64,000 bases of DNA from a virus: the IMG/VR virus record IMGVR_UViG_3300021197_001481, positions 1 through 64,000 of that record. The stretch is one strand, 5' to 3'. Below are positions 46,250 to 56,418 of this stretch, in pieces. A program made the position numbers and the translations under genes. The stretch's first letter is position 1; each line of letters begins with the position of its first letter. The notes under the pieces were generated by a model that ran no database searches, was not told the DNA's origin, and was given only the letters and a program-made list of their open reading frames with translations.

Positions 46250-46256
46250 ATAGATA
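46250..46256 (+). promoter_or_regulatory. Putative late promoter ATAGATA
   Basis: Intergenic upstream of gp18. Confidence 0.5.
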
Positions 46257-46281
46257 ATACAGCGTTGATAAGGAGATAACA

Positions 46282-48654
46282 ATGGCATTTCAACTCAGTC
46301 CCGGTGTTGATGTAAAAGAAATTGATCTAACAGCAATCATCCCTGCGGTGTCCACAACCAAAGCAGGATTTGCAGGACTTTTTAATTGGGGTCCACTAGA
46401 GCAAAGAATTACAGTCACCAGCGAAAACGAACTCGTAGAGAGATTTTCTACCCCTGATAATACAAACTACCCACACTGGTTTACCGCAGCAAACTACCTT
46501 GGTTATTCTAATAACCTTCAAGTTGTTCGTGTTGTAGATCAAGATGCAGCACTAAATGCAACCACCAATCGCGTTCAGGTAGGTGGCGTTCTTGTGAAAA
46601 ACAGCGAACACTTCGAGGAAGTAGATTCTACAATTTCAGCAGCACAGCATGAATTTGTTGCAAAATATCCCGGAACACTTGGAAACTCACTTTCTGTTTC
46701 TGTTTCTGATAATACTGATATTGCATTAAATCCAATTATTGCTTATCCTACCTCTGATGTAGGTGGGGTATTAGACTCCGATAATGCACCAACCACAAGC
46801 ACAACTTCCTTTGGTTTTATTAAAACTTGTGATATCTTTGTTCCGGACTCCGGGTCTTCGACGAGGGAAGATAGTGGCGGTCTGGATAAACTTAGATTTA
46901 AGAGAGGTAACCCACAGAACATCACTGGTGTGACCAATGCATTCTCTCTTGGATTTATCCAAGAGGGAGATGGAACTGCTCCAGTTGGTGCCGGGAGTGG
47001 TCTGACTCTCGGATCGAACGGCGCAGCAGGCGGAATTACTCTTCCTGTATCTGATATGAGTGGAACTGTTGCCACAGGCGATTATGTTGCTCTCACTAAG
47101 AACAATAATATCAACATTTCCAAAATTACATCATATGTCGATCACGGAACCACTGGTGAAATTACACTCGGTACGGATGGTTTTGGTGTAGGACTTACAT
47201 TGTCACTCGCAGAAGCAACCGACGAACTAACTGTTCTCGGGCAGGTCACTACTGGTGCAACCTTTGCAAATGCCACAGGAATGACTGCTGCAAGCGTTCT
47301 CTGGAAGTATCACAACGAGTTTAATACCAAACTACCCGCTACTAGTTCATCTGTCGAAGCACACGGTGCTTCTTTCGATCTACTCCATGCCATTGTGGTC
47401 GATGCGAAAGGTGACTGGACTGGAACCAAGGGTACTGTTCTCGAACGATTTGAAGGACTTTCCAAGGCAAAAAATGCCAAACGAGAAAATGGTACTTCAA
47501 TCTATTACAAGGACTTTATTAACGCAAACTCCAAGTATGTTTGGTCTTCCGATGCACCGACAAACGGAGGTGTTGGACTGCCAGATGTTTCTTCTGGAGC
47601 ATACGCTTTTGGCGATAACTCAACATCTGTTGGTGGTACATTCTCAGAACTCACCGGAAACTACTATGAAGATTTGAACTTCGGTGCTGATGGAGCGACA
47701 TCTGCAAACGATTTCTACAGCAATGGATATGATCTTTTTGCCGACAGTGAAACTGTTGACATTTCTCTTATCCTTGGTGGACCACAAGAAGGAATTCAGG
47801 CGAAGCAACTTGTTGATCTTGTCACCGACAGGAAAGATGCAGTTGCATTCTTGTCTCCTGCTAAGACTGCTGTTGTAAACTCCTCTGGAAATGCTTCTAA
47901 GAGTGCGGCAATTGCTACGGCAAACGTCTCAGCATATCGTCAAGGACTTAACGGTTCGGATGCCGGTGGTGATGTGGACTTCAGTGATGATAACCTAAAC
48001 GTATCATCATCCTACGCAGTTCTCGACAGTGGTTACAAGTACATGTATGACCGATACAATGATGTCTTCCGATTCGTTCCACTTAATGGTGACATCGCAG
48101 GTATCGCGGTACGATCAGACAATGAGACCGAAACTTGGTTCTCACCTGCTGGTTTCAACCGTGGTCAGGTTCGCGGAGTCGTGAAACTTGCATATAACCC
48201 ACTTAAGGCACAGCGTGATGAACTTTACATTAACGGAATCAACCCCGTAGTCTCCTTCCCCGGAGAAGGTACTGTTCTCTTCGGAGACAAGACCATGCAG
48301 AGTAAACCAAGTGCATTCGACAGAATCAATGTTAGACGACTCTTCATTGTTCTTGAGAAGGCAATCGCAACTGCCGCGAAGTTCCAACTCTTTGAGCAGA
48401 ACGATGCATTTACCCGTGCTTCCTTCAGACAACTCATCGAACCGTTCCTCAGAGAAGTTCAATCTCGTAGAGGTGTAATCGACTTCAAGGTTGTATGTGA
48501 TGAATCAAACAACACTGGCGAGGTAATTGATAGAAACGAGTTTGTTGCAGATATCTTTATCAAACCAACCCGTTCGATTAACTTTATTACTCTTAACTTT
48601 ATTGCCACACGAACTGGCATCAACTTTGACGAAATTGGCGGGTCTTCCTCGTAA
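46282..48654 (+). CDS. gp18: Tail sheath protein gp18
   Basis: SPGVDVKEIDLT, WFSPAGFNRG, FDRINVRRLF, IKPTRSINFI.LNF. Confidence 0.97.
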   Translation: MAFQLSPGVDVKEIDLTAIIPAVSTTKAGFAGLFNWGPLEQRITVTSENELVERFSTPDNTNYPHWFTAANYLGYSNNLQVVRVVDQDAALNATTNRVQVGGVLVKNSEHFEEVDSTISAAQHEFVAKYPGTLGNSLSVSVSDNTDIALNPIIAYPTSDVGGVLDSDNAPTTSTTSFGFIKTCDIFVPDSGSSTREDSGGLDKLRFKRGNPQNITGVTNAFSLGFIQEGDGTAPVGAGSGLTLGSNGAAGGITLPVSDMSGTVATGDYVALTKNNNINISKITSYVDHGTTGEITLGTDGFGVGLTLSLAEATDELTVLGQVTTGATFANATGMTAASVLWKYHNEFNTKLPATSSSVEAHGASFDLLHAIVVDAKGDWTGTKGTVLERFEGLSKAKNAKRENGTSIYYKDFINANSKYVWSSDAPTNGGVGLPDVSSGAYAFGDNSTSVGGTFSELTGNYYEDLNFGADGATSANDFYSNGYDLFADSETVDISLILGGPQEGIQAKQLVDLVTDRKDAVAFLSPAKTAVVNSSGNASKSAAIATANVSAYRQGLNGSDAGGDVDFSDDNLNVSSSYAVLDSGYKYMYDRYNDVFRFVPLNGDIAGIAVRSDNETETWFSPAGFNRGQVRGVVKLAYNPLKAQRDELYINGINPVVSFPGEGTVLFGDKTMQSKPSAFDRINVRRLFIVLEKAIATAAKFQLFEQNDAFTRASFRQLIEPFLREVQSRRGVIDFKVVCDESNNTGEVIDRNEFVADIFIKPTRSINFITLNFIATRTGINFDEIGGSSS

Positions 48655-48660
48655 AACGCC

Positions 48661-48667
48661 CTACATA
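48661..48667 (+). promoter_or_regulatory. Putative late promoter CTACATA
   Basis: Intergenic upstream of gp19 SD. Confidence 0.55.
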
Positions 48668-48685
48668 GAAAAGGAGATATAACAC

Positions 48686-49249
48686 ATGAATATCGAAAGA
48701 TTTAAATCAGCACTTTCTACCGGTGGCGTTCGTCCTGCATTCTTCCGAGTGCAAGGCAACATCGGAAAGACATCGTTACCAGATAAGGTTGGGTTCCTTG
48801 TCAAAGCAGCATCTTTACCAGCATCAGAAATTGGTGAGATTCCTGTAGACTACCGTGGTAGAAACCTTAAATTACCCGGTAAAAGAACCTATGCAGATTG
48901 GGATATTACTCTTCTAGTCGATGGAGAATTCTCAACGAGAAATGCATTTGAGCGTTGGATGAACGACCTCAATGATGCAGTCGAAAATGTTGCGGATCAA
49001 GAGCATAACTTAAACAATGTTCTGTTCCCCAACTGGAGTATCGACCAACTAGATCGCACTGGTAACCCAATTAAGACTTATACCATGTTCCACTGCTGGC
49101 CAAAATCAGTTTCTTCAATAGAAACATCATATGATAATGAAGCACTAGCAGAATTTTCCGTGACGCTCGCCTATTCTTACTTCCTCACTAACGACGGAAC
49201 TGGTAGTAATCGAGTACCTCTCGGTGATGCCGCGTTCCCCGGTGAGTGA
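48686..49249 (+). CDS. gp19: Tail tube protein gp19
   Basis: GGVRP..F.V, AASLP.S.IG.IPV.YRGR.LK.PG.RT...W, FERWMN, QLDR.G. Confidence 0.95.
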   Translation: MNIERFKSALSTGGVRPAFFRVQGNIGKTSLPDKVGFLVKAASLPASEIGEIPVDYRGRNLKLPGKRTYADWDITLLVDGEFSTRNAFERWMNDLNDAVENVADQEHNLNNVLFPNWSIDQLDRTGNPIKTYTMFHCWPKSVSSIETSYDNEALAEFSVTLAYSYFLTNDGTGSNRVPLGDAAFPGE

Positions 49250-49269
49250 TAGATAATAAGAGGTGAATT

Positions 49270-50778
49270 ATGCCAATAGATTTCTTTGGTTTTAGTATAG
49301 GAAGAAAGCAACAATCGCCTTCGCCGAATTTAGACCCTTCTTTGGGTGTGAAAGAAGCGAAGTCGTTTGTTCCTCCCCTATTAGATGATGCAGGACTAGT
49401 CGATGCAGGCGGATACTTCGGAGCGTATCTTGATCTTGATGGTTCTCTTAAAACAGAATCCGAATTTATTGCAAAGTATCGAGAGATGTCTCTCCACCCA
49501 GAAGTGGAAAGTGCTATCGAAGATGTTTGCAATGAAGCGATTGTTCTTGATGATGAACGCAAACCAGTCGAGTTGATTCTTGATCAGGTTAATGTGTCAG
49601 ATCAAATTAAGAAAAGGATGTATGAAGAATACGACCAGATTCTAAGACTTCTTGATTTTAGTAATCGTGGATATGAAATTTTCCGAAGATGGTTTATTGA
49701 TGGTAAAGGATACTACCATATTATCATTGATAAAACCAATCCCAAAAAGGGAATAGTTGAACTTCGACCTATTGATGCACTTAAAATCAAGAAGATGGCA
49801 GAAGTACAAAAGGCAACAGACGAAAAAACAGGGACAAAGTATGTCAAAGGTGTTAGAGAATTTTACACCTTTAGAGACAACCCAACAGATCAAGAAGGTC
49901 TTAAACTTTCCCCTGAGTCCATTTGCTATTACCACTCAGGTCTTTTCGATCCACTCTCCAACCGGGCAATTAGTTATCTCCATAAAGCAATTAAACCACT
50001 CAATCAACTTCGCATGATCGAAGATGCCGTGGTGATCTACAGAATCTCCCGTGCGCCGGAACGTAGAATCTTTTATATCGATGTGGGTTCTCTTCCCAAG
50101 AATAAGGCAGAGGCATATGTTCGTGATCTTATGAACAGATACCGAACAAAACTAACATATGATGCGTCTACTGGTGAAGTTCGTGATGAGAAAAAGCACA
50201 TGTCTATGCTCGAAGATTATTGGTTACCTCGTCGTGAAGGCGGCAAAGGAACCCAGATCGAAACTCTCGACGGTGGACAGAACCTCGGTGAGATGGAAGA
50301 TGTTGAATACTTCTTAAAGAAACTTTATAAAGCACTCAGTATTCCTCAGTCTCGAATGGAAGCAGAAAACGGTTTCAATATGGGTAGGTCTTCTGAGATC
50401 ACCCGAGATGAATTGAAATTCCACAAATATGTCGAACGACTTCGCACCAAATTCAATGGTGTCTTTACTCAACTACTCAAAACACAATGTATTCTCAAAG
50501 GTTTGATGAAAGAAGAAGATTGGTGGAAGGTCGAACAAGATCTTAAGTTTGAATATATCACTGATTCGTATTTTACCGAACTCAAGGACTATGAGATACT
50601 TTCAGAAAGACTAGATATATTACAGAGTGTTGGTGAACACATTGGTGATTATTACTCTAGAGAATGGGTCAGGCGAAATATTCTTCAACAAACCGAAAAG
50701 GATATGAAGCGAATGGATAAACAAATTCAGAAAGAGCGAGAACTTGGACTGATTAAGGATGACTCCGGAGGATTCTAA
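49270..50778 (+). CDS. gp20: Portal protein gp20
   Basis: YREMSLHPEVESAI, SYLHKAIKP.NQLRMIEDA.VIYR.SRAPERRIFYIDVG, EDYWLPRREGGKGT. Confidence 0.97.
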   Translation: MPIDFFGFSIGRKQQSPSPNLDPSLGVKEAKSFVPPLLDDAGLVDAGGYFGAYLDLDGSLKTESEFIAKYREMSLHPEVESAIEDVCNEAIVLDDERKPVELILDQVNVSDQIKKRMYEEYDQILRLLDFSNRGYEIFRRWFIDGKGYYHIIIDKTNPKKGIVELRPIDALKIKKMAEVQKATDEKTGTKYVKGVREFYTFRDNPTDQEGLKLSPESICYYHSGLFDPLSNRAISYLHKAIKPLNQLRMIEDAVVIYRISRAPERRIFYIDVGSLPKNKAEAYVRDLMNRYRTKLTYDASTGEVRDEKKHMSMLEDYWLPRREGGKGTQIETLDGGQNLGEMEDVEYFLKKLYKALSIPQSRMEAENGFNMGRSSEITRDELKFHKYVERLRTKFNGVFTQLLKTQCILKGLMKEEDWWKVEQDLKFEYITDSYFTELKDYEILSERLDILQSVGEHIGDYYSREWVRRNILQQTEKDMKRMDKQIQKERELGLIKDDSGGF

Positions 50779-51494
50779 TGCGATTTCTTATAGATCTAAT
50801 TGAAAATAACGACAAGAAAGAGAGCAAGGTTCTAATCGAATCAATGATCTCTGATGTTGTTACTTCTAAATTTACAAAACGACGTTCTTCTATCTTGAAT
50901 ATTTTTGAAGAAGAGGGCGAAGCGACCCCCGAAGACATCGAAGGAACTCTCGACGATCCCATGCTGGATCCTAACTTCTCAAGAGAGTATTTCTTCAAGA
51001 GATTTAAGTATGAAGGCAAGGAGATTGTCCTCAAGAGATTAGGTCTTGGGCAAAACGCACCAACAATCACATACATCGACAAAGAGCGTTACGAGATTTT
51101 TTCTACACCCAAGCAAGCAGAAAAAGAAACAATTCGATACATCAAAGATGGTTCATTCGACGAGGCGATGAAAGAAAAAGAAGATAAAATCGCTGCTGTT
51201 GATGCCGGTAAAAAAGAAGAAGAAGACAAAAAGAAAAAAGAAGAAGAGAATCAGGAGAAAATCACAGATTCATTCGAGTATGTGGTTTCTTCCGAACGCC
51301 CCAGTATACTAACCTTCAGCAGCGGAGAAGAGAGAGTTATCACAGTTTCCGAGGCGACAGACGCATTGGAAATATTAAAACTACTAAATAATGAGAACGG
51401 AATAGAATTTTTAAATCGCTTATCTCATAGCAAAACATCTTATCTAGAAACATTAGACTTCTTTCTTGATAAGGTCCGAAAAGGAGTAATCTAA
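50778..51494 (+). CDS. Hypothetical protein in prohead cluster (prohead-core-like)
   Basis: Between portal and gp21; charged; LIE/IFEE motifs. Confidence 0.6.
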   Translation: MRFLIDLIENNDKKESKVLIESMISDVVTSKFTKRRSSILNIFEEEGEATPEDIEGTLDDPMLDPNFSREYFFKRFKYEGKEIVLKRLGLGQNAPTITYIDKERYEIFSTPKQAEKETIRYIKDGSFDEAMKEKEDKIAAVDAGKKEEEDKKKKEEENQEKITDSFEYVVSSERPSILTFSSGEERVITVSEATDALEILKLLNNENGIEFLNRLSHSKTSYLETLDFFLDKVRKGVI

Positions 51495-51802
51495 TGGAAG
51501 TTGAAAATATTGTAAGAGCATTGGAACAAGGAAAACTCAATGATGCCAAAAACGGCATTGGTGAGGTTCTTCTTGGTAAAATTGCCAATTCACTAGAAGA
51601 AAAAAGAGAAACCCTCGGTGATACGTTAGTTACCCCAACAGATGTGCAAGAAGGTGACAAGGCAGAATATGAGGCATTCTTTAAGAAAGCAATGAAGAAG
51701 TTTGGTATCTCGTCTCCTGCTGATCTCAAATCAGAAGAAGAGAAGAAGAAGTTCTTCGATTACGTTGACAAGAATTATAAAGGCGAAAAGGAAGAAAACT
51801 GA
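51494..51802 (+). CDS. Prohead core protein (gp67/gp68-like)
   Basis: Position before gp21; N-terminal helix; EYEAFFKKAMKKFGISSPADL module. Confidence 0.6.
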   Translation: MEVENIVRALEQGKLNDAKNGIGEVLLGKIANSLEEKRETLGDTLVTPTDVQEGDKAEYEAFFKKAMKKFGISSPADLKSEEEKKKFFDYVDKNYKGEKEEN

Positions 51803-52449
51803 TGCTACTTATTACCGAAGTAAATGATAACGTCAACTTGATCACAGAAGGAACCGAAGGTTCCAAAGAATATCATATTGAAGGTATCTTTATGGAGGCA
51901 GGTAAGAAGAACCGCAACGGTCGTGTATACCCCCAAAAAGTTCTTTTCAATGAAGTTAAACGATACAACGAGGACTTTGTTTCAAAGAACCGAGGCATGG
52001 GTGAACTAGGTCATCCAGATGGTCCTACCGTTAACTTAGAAAGAGTTTCCCATATCATCAAGGAACTCAAGACTGACGGTGACAATATTATGGGTAAGGC
52101 AAAGATCCTTGATACACCATATGGTAAAATTGTAAAGAACCTAATCGACGAGGGCGTTAAAATTGGCGTTTCCTCCCGTGGGATGGGTTCTCTTAAAAAC
52201 GTAGAAGGCGTAAATGAAGTCCAAGATGACTTCATGCTCGCCGCAGTAGATATTGTTGCTGACCCATCTGCTCCCAACGCATTTGTTGAAGGAGTCATGG
52301 AAGGCAAGGAATGGGTTTGGAACAACGGAGTTCTCAAACCTAGACACATTGAATCGTATCGTGACAGGATTCAAAAAGCATCGACTCGAAGTGAGATTCA
52401 AGAAGCGAAGTTGTATGCCTTCGCTGATTTCCTGTCAAAATTAATTTAA
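51802..52449 (+). CDS. gp21: Prohead core protease gp21
   Basis: MLLITE, IEGIFM...KNRNGRVYP, GELGHP, GVSSRGMGSL, DIVADPSAPNAFV. Confidence 0.97.
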   Translation: MLLITEVNDNVNLITEGTEGSKEYHIEGIFMEAGKKNRNGRVYPQKVLFNEVKRYNEDFVSKNRGMGELGHPDGPTVNLERVSHIIKELKTDGDNIMGKAKILDTPYGKIVKNLIDEGVKIGVSSRGMGSLKNVEGVNEVQDDFMLAAVDIVADPSAPNAFVEGVMEGKEWVWNNGVLKPRHIESYRDRIQKASTRSEIQEAKLYAFADFLSKLI

Positions 52450-52484
52450 TTATAGATATCAAAGAGTTAAACAAGGAGCAGACC

Positions 52485-53717
52485 ATGACTCGTAAAGACC
52501 CACTTGAAACAGCGAAGGCAATCTTAGAAGGTAATACTTCGCTTACCGAAATGGACGATAAAGAAATGAAGAATGAAATGGCAGCAATGAAGGAAGCAAT
52601 GATGAAGGATTTATCCGACAAAGATGCTTCTGAAGACGAAGTTGCCGAAATGATGGACAAGATGGAAGCAATGTCCTACAAAGAGATGAAGGAAATGATG
52701 GCAAAAGAAGGCATCAAATACGAAACCTACGTCTCTGAGGACGAAGTTGAAGAGGAAGTCGAAGTTGATGACGACCTTGAGGACATCGAAGAGGAAGAGG
52801 AAAAGGAAGTCGCTAAGACCAAGAGTGACGAACCCGATTCAACCCGTGCTGACACCGAAGGCGATCTTGAAACTCTCAAGAAAGCAAAGAGTGCTAAGAA
52901 GGTTGATGCTGGTAAGATTAAACCTTCCGCTGCTTCTGGTAAGATTGAGAAACCTTCTATGAAGGAAGATCTTGACGCTCTCTTTACTGGCGAAGAACTC
53001 ACCGAAGACTTCAAAGAGAAGGCATCGGTCATCTTCGAGTCTGCTATCAACATGCGAGTCGAAGCACTCGTAGAAGAAATCGAAGCAGAACATACTGCTC
53101 AACTAGAGGAAGATAAGGAAGAGTTCCGCAACGAACTATCCGCTAAAATGGATGATTATCTTTCTTACGTTGTCGAAGAGTGGATGAAGGACAATGAACT
53201 CGCTATTGAGCGTGGTCTTCGTGGCGACATTGCCGAGTCCTTTATGACTGGTCTCAAGGGTCTTTTCGAGGATCACTATATTACTGTTCCTGATGACAAG
53301 TATGATCTCCTCGAAGGTCTTTATACTAAGGTCAGTGGTCTTGAAACCAAACTCGACGAACAGATTCAAAAGAACACAGAACTCAATAAGGATGCTATGG
53401 TTTCTCGCTGCATCAACGTCTTCGCTGAAGTCAGTGAAGGTCTTACCGATGCAGAAAACGAAAAACTACAGTCCCTTGCTGAAGGACTAGAATACGATTC
53501 GGAAGATCAGTTTAGAGATAAACTAACTGTCCTCCGCGAAAACTACTTTAATGATGTTTCAGAAACAAACGAACTCGCTAATGAAATTGTGGGTGACACA
53601 ATCAATGAGTCGGCAGAAGAGGTACACGCCCCCTCCCTCGACGGTTCTATGAAGTTCTACTCTGATATGTTAACACGGTCTGCCATCGTAGAAAAGCAGA
53701 CGAACTTTAAGGGTTGA
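52485..53717 (+). CDS. gp22: Prohead scaffold protein gp22
   Basis: EDLDALF.GEELTEDFKEKA..IFESA, DDYLSYVVEEWM..NELAIE.G, LRENYF. Confidence 0.93.
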   Translation: MTRKDPLETAKAILEGNTSLTEMDDKEMKNEMAAMKEAMMKDLSDKDASEDEVAEMMDKMEAMSYKEMKEMMAKEGIKYETYVSEDEVEEEVEVDDDLEDIEEEEEKEVAKTKSDEPDSTRADTEGDLETLKKAKSAKKVDAGKIKPSAASGKIEKPSMKEDLDALFTGEELTEDFKEKASVIFESAINMRVEALVEEIEAEHTAQLEEDKEEFRNELSAKMDDYLSYVVEEWMKDNELAIERGLRGDIAESFMTGLKGLFEDHYITVPDDKYDLLEGLYTKVSGLETKLDEQIQKNTELNKDAMVSRCINVFAEVSEGLTDAENEKLQSLAEGLEYDSEDQFRDKLTVLRENYFNDVSETNELANEIVGDTINESAEEVHAPSLDGSMKFYSDMLTRSAIVEKQTNFKG

Positions 53718-53770
53718 TACCCGGTAAATTATCTAAAGTATTCCAAAATAATTCAAAGGAGAATTCAAAA

Positions 53771-55231
53771 ATGGAAAAGCAATTTGTTACCGAACAACTC
53801 AGAACTAAGTGGGCACCTGTCCTCGAACATGCCGACATGCCCGCAATTTCTGATGATTATAGAAAAAACGTCACTGCCATTCTCTTAGAGAACCAAGAGC
53901 AGTATCTCAAGGAAGCAGCACCCGCCAACTTTGGTTCGGGTCTTGCCGGTGGAGCAAACACCAACGGTGCTTTCAGTTCCGTCGCTGGTTTTGATCCAGT
54001 GCTTATCTCGCTCGTTCGTCGTGCGATGCCAAACCTAATGGCATATGATGTCTGTGGTGTTCAACCCATGAACGCTCCCACAGGACTCATCTTTGCCATG
54101 AAGGCAAACTACAAGCAGCAAGGTGGCGGTGAAGCACTCTTTAGCGAGGCAGCAACCGCTTTCTCTGCTACTGGCACTTCCTCGACGGCATCTGGGTCCA
54201 CCGCTCCCGGTGGTGTTGGCGACGATCCTCTACTCGTCTTCGAGGTCGGTCAGTCAAACCAAGAGACCAAGTATAACGGATTCGATGGTATGTCCACCGA
54301 TCAAGGTGAACGACTCGGTGGTGGCGGTGGTGATGATAACTTCAGTGAAATGGCATTCGTCATTGATCGTCAGTCCGTTACTGCTAAGACTCGTGCCCTC
54401 AAGGCAGAGTACACCACTGAACTCGCTCAGGATCTCAAGGCAGTTCACGGTCTTGATGCCGAAACTGAACTCGCAAACATTCTCAGCACTGAAATTCTTG
54501 CTGAAATCAACCGCGAAGTCATTCGTACCATCTACACCGGTGCTAAACTCGGCGCACAGCAACCAGACCTTCTCCACAAGGGTGCAGGTAATACTGCTCA
54601 GGCGATTGCTGCTGGTGCTTCTGCTGGTCTTAGTGGTCCGTATTCTAATGATGGTCTTCAAACACACGGTGGTATCTACGACCTTGAACTCGATTCAGAC
54701 GGTCGTTGGTCTGCGGAACGCTTCCGTGGTCTGGTCTACCAGATTGAACGCGAAGCAAACGCAATTGCTAAGGAAACTCGTCGCGGTAAGGGTAACATGC
54801 TTATCACTACCTCAGACATTGCTTCCGCACTAGCAATGAGTGGTTTCCTTAACTTGACTCCAACTCCAAATGTTCCCAATATGCCCGATGATACTGCGAA
54901 CACCTATGTTGGTACTCTCAACGGTAACATTAAGGTCTATGTTGACCCCTATGCTACCTCTGGTAAGGATTACTGCTGCGTAGGTTACAGAGGTACTTCA
55001 CCTTACGATGCTGGTATGTTCTACTGCCCATACGTTCCACTCCAGATGGTTCGTGCGGTTGGTGAGCAGTCCTTCCAACCCAAGATCGGATTCAAGACTC
55101 GTTACGGTCTTGTAAACAACCCGTTCGTTGGTGCATCTGATCCACATGCTTCTGGTGCGGTTCGTAGCAACCAATACTACAGAATCTTCCGTGTTGATCG
55201 ACTACACGGCGTATTCGGCACCAACGCCTGA
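53771..55231 (+). CDS. gp23: Major capsid protein gp23
   Basis: KWAPVL, LLENQE, DPVLISLVRR.MPNL.AYDVCGVQPM..PTGLIFAM, FYCPYVPLQM, FQPKIGFKTRYG; start reassigned to ATG 53771 (SD AAGGAG). Confidence 0.98.
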   Translation: MEKQFVTEQLRTKWAPVLEHADMPAISDDYRKNVTAILLENQEQYLKEAAPANFGSGLAGGANTNGAFSSVAGFDPVLISLVRRAMPNLMAYDVCGVQPMNAPTGLIFAMKANYKQQGGGEALFSEAATAFSATGTSSTASGSTAPGGVGDDPLLVFEVGQSNQETKYNGFDGMSTDQGERLGGGGGDDNFSEMAFVIDRQSVTAKTRALKAEYTTELAQDLKAVHGLDAETELANILSTEILAEINREVIRTIYTGAKLGAQQPDLLHKGAGNTAQAIAAGASAGLSGPYSNDGLQTHGGIYDLELDSDGRWSAERFRGLVYQIEREANAIAKETRRGKGNMLITTSDIASALAMSGFLNLTPTPNVPNMPDDTANTYVGTLNGNIKVYVDPYATSGKDYCCVGYRGTSPYDAGMFYCPYVPLQMVRAVGEQSFQPKIGFKTRYGLVNNPFVGASDPHASGAVRSNQYYRIFRVDRLHGVFGTNA

Positions 55232-55257
55232 TACTGATTCTTAGGTAAACTGAACGG

Positions 55258-55292
55258 AACAGGGAGAGGGTAAAACCTCTCCCTGTTTCTTT
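55258..55292 (+). terminator. Rho-independent terminator after gp23
   Basis: AACAGGGAGAGG-GTAAAA-CCTCTCCCTGTT followed by TCTTT. Confidence 0.8.
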
Positions 55293-55306
55293 GCCTACAT
55301 ACTTGT

Positions 55307-55897
55307 ATGGCAACACCTCCAAAAAGACAAAATCCATTTGAAGGCAGTAACTTTGTCGCTGGGATGACATCTGGTAGAGAAAGTGCAGCGAAAGAATCTG
55401 TGCTTGATCGTCAACCGTCGTCGCAGAACTATATCTACCCACCTTACTTTCAATTTATTATTTCTGCTCTACCGCAGATGACATATTTTACAACGAAAGC
55501 AGCACTTCCTGATTTTGGATATGATTCTGCTTTAGTTCAAGATAACCGATTTGCTCAGATTAAACATCCTGCCAGTAAAGTGGGATTTGCTAATCTTGAT
55601 ATATCTTTCTTGGTAGATGAGGATATGGGTAACTGGAGAGAAATCTCCGACTGGATCAAAAGGACCACTGTAGTTGACAATCACTTTGATATTGATCCAA
55701 ACAGTAAAGATCATTTCTGCGATGGTACTCTTATAATCACAAATAGTTCAATGCAACCAAATGTTGAAGTTACCTTTAGGAATATGTTTCCAATCTCGAT
55801 CACAGGTTTTCAATTCGATAGTAGCGTCACAGAACTGACTCCTTTTGAATCTACAGCGACTTTCGCCTACGACTACTACGAAGTCAAGAAAATCTGA
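55307..55897 (+). CDS. gp3: Tail completion/sheath stabilizer gp3
   Basis: NY..P..FQF.I..LP...YF...A.LP, FLVDEDM.NW.EI.DW, F.NMFPISI.G.QF, ATFAYDYY. Confidence 0.88.
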   Translation: MATPPKRQNPFEGSNFVAGMTSGRESAAKESVLDRQPSSQNYIYPPYFQFIISALPQMTYFTTKAALPDFGYDSALVQDNRFAQIKHPASKVGFANLDISFLVDEDMGNWREISDWIKRTTVVDNHFDIDPNSKDHFCDGTLIITNSSMQPNVEVTFRNMFPISITGFQFDSSVTELTPFESTATFAYDYYEVKKI

Positions 55898-55907
55898 TCT
55901 TTTCTCC

Positions 55908-55935
55908 TTGACTTGACCCAAATCCCTTGTACACT
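55908..55935 (+). promoter_or_regulatory. Sigma70-like promoter upstream of uvsY
   Basis: TTGACT-16bp-TACACT. Confidence 0.5.
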
Positions 55936-55983
55936 CTGAGTGTCAACGAAGGAAAAGGGAAGAAGTATTAGGACTTTAATATT

Positions 55984-56418
55984 ATGAACTTTGATAAAAT
56001 AAAGCAAATGGTTTTGCAGGATTGCGAAATCGACGAGACTCAACTGGACGCAGAATCGCTGCGACTCCCCCAGTTACATAACAAATATCTGAATATCTAC
56101 TTGGACACGAAACTCATTCTAGAGAGAAAACAGAATGAATTCAATAAGTTACGTCGTTTAAAGTGGGAATATTATACAGGAAAAATGGATGCTGAGGTTC
56201 TCGAACATATGGGTTGGGAACCATTTGATCTAAAAATCCTCAAACAAGATATTGCAATTTATATGGATGGTGACGATGACCTGATTACCCTACAGGAACA
56301 GGTTCGTTATTATAAAGAGATATGTGCGTACCTAGATGCTACCGTCAAGGAAGTCACATATAGACATAATAAGATTCGTAATGCCATCGACTGGAAAAAA
56401 TTCTTAGGAGGACAGTAA
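55984..56418 (+). CDS. uvsY: Recombination mediator UvsY
   Basis: D..ID...LD.ESL..PQLHNKY, KWEYYTGK, IRNAIDWKKF..G. Confidence 0.92.
   Translation: MNFDKIKQMVLQDCEIDETQLDAESLRLPQLHNKYLNIYLDTKLILERKQNEFNKLRRLKWEYYTGKMDAEVLEHMGWEPFDLKILKQDIAIYMDGDDDLITLQEQVRYYKEICAYLDATVKEVTYRHNKIRNAIDWKKFLGGQ

Noticed and set aside
53714-53770. ORF-track N-terminal extension of gp23
   Set aside because: ATG 53771 has an SD (AAGGAG) and matches T4-like gp23 N-termini
54123-54833. Long alternative-frame ORF inside gp23, and the many short antisense ORFs in the track
   Set aside because: Shadow ORFs of strongly biased coding sequence with no recognisable protein motifs
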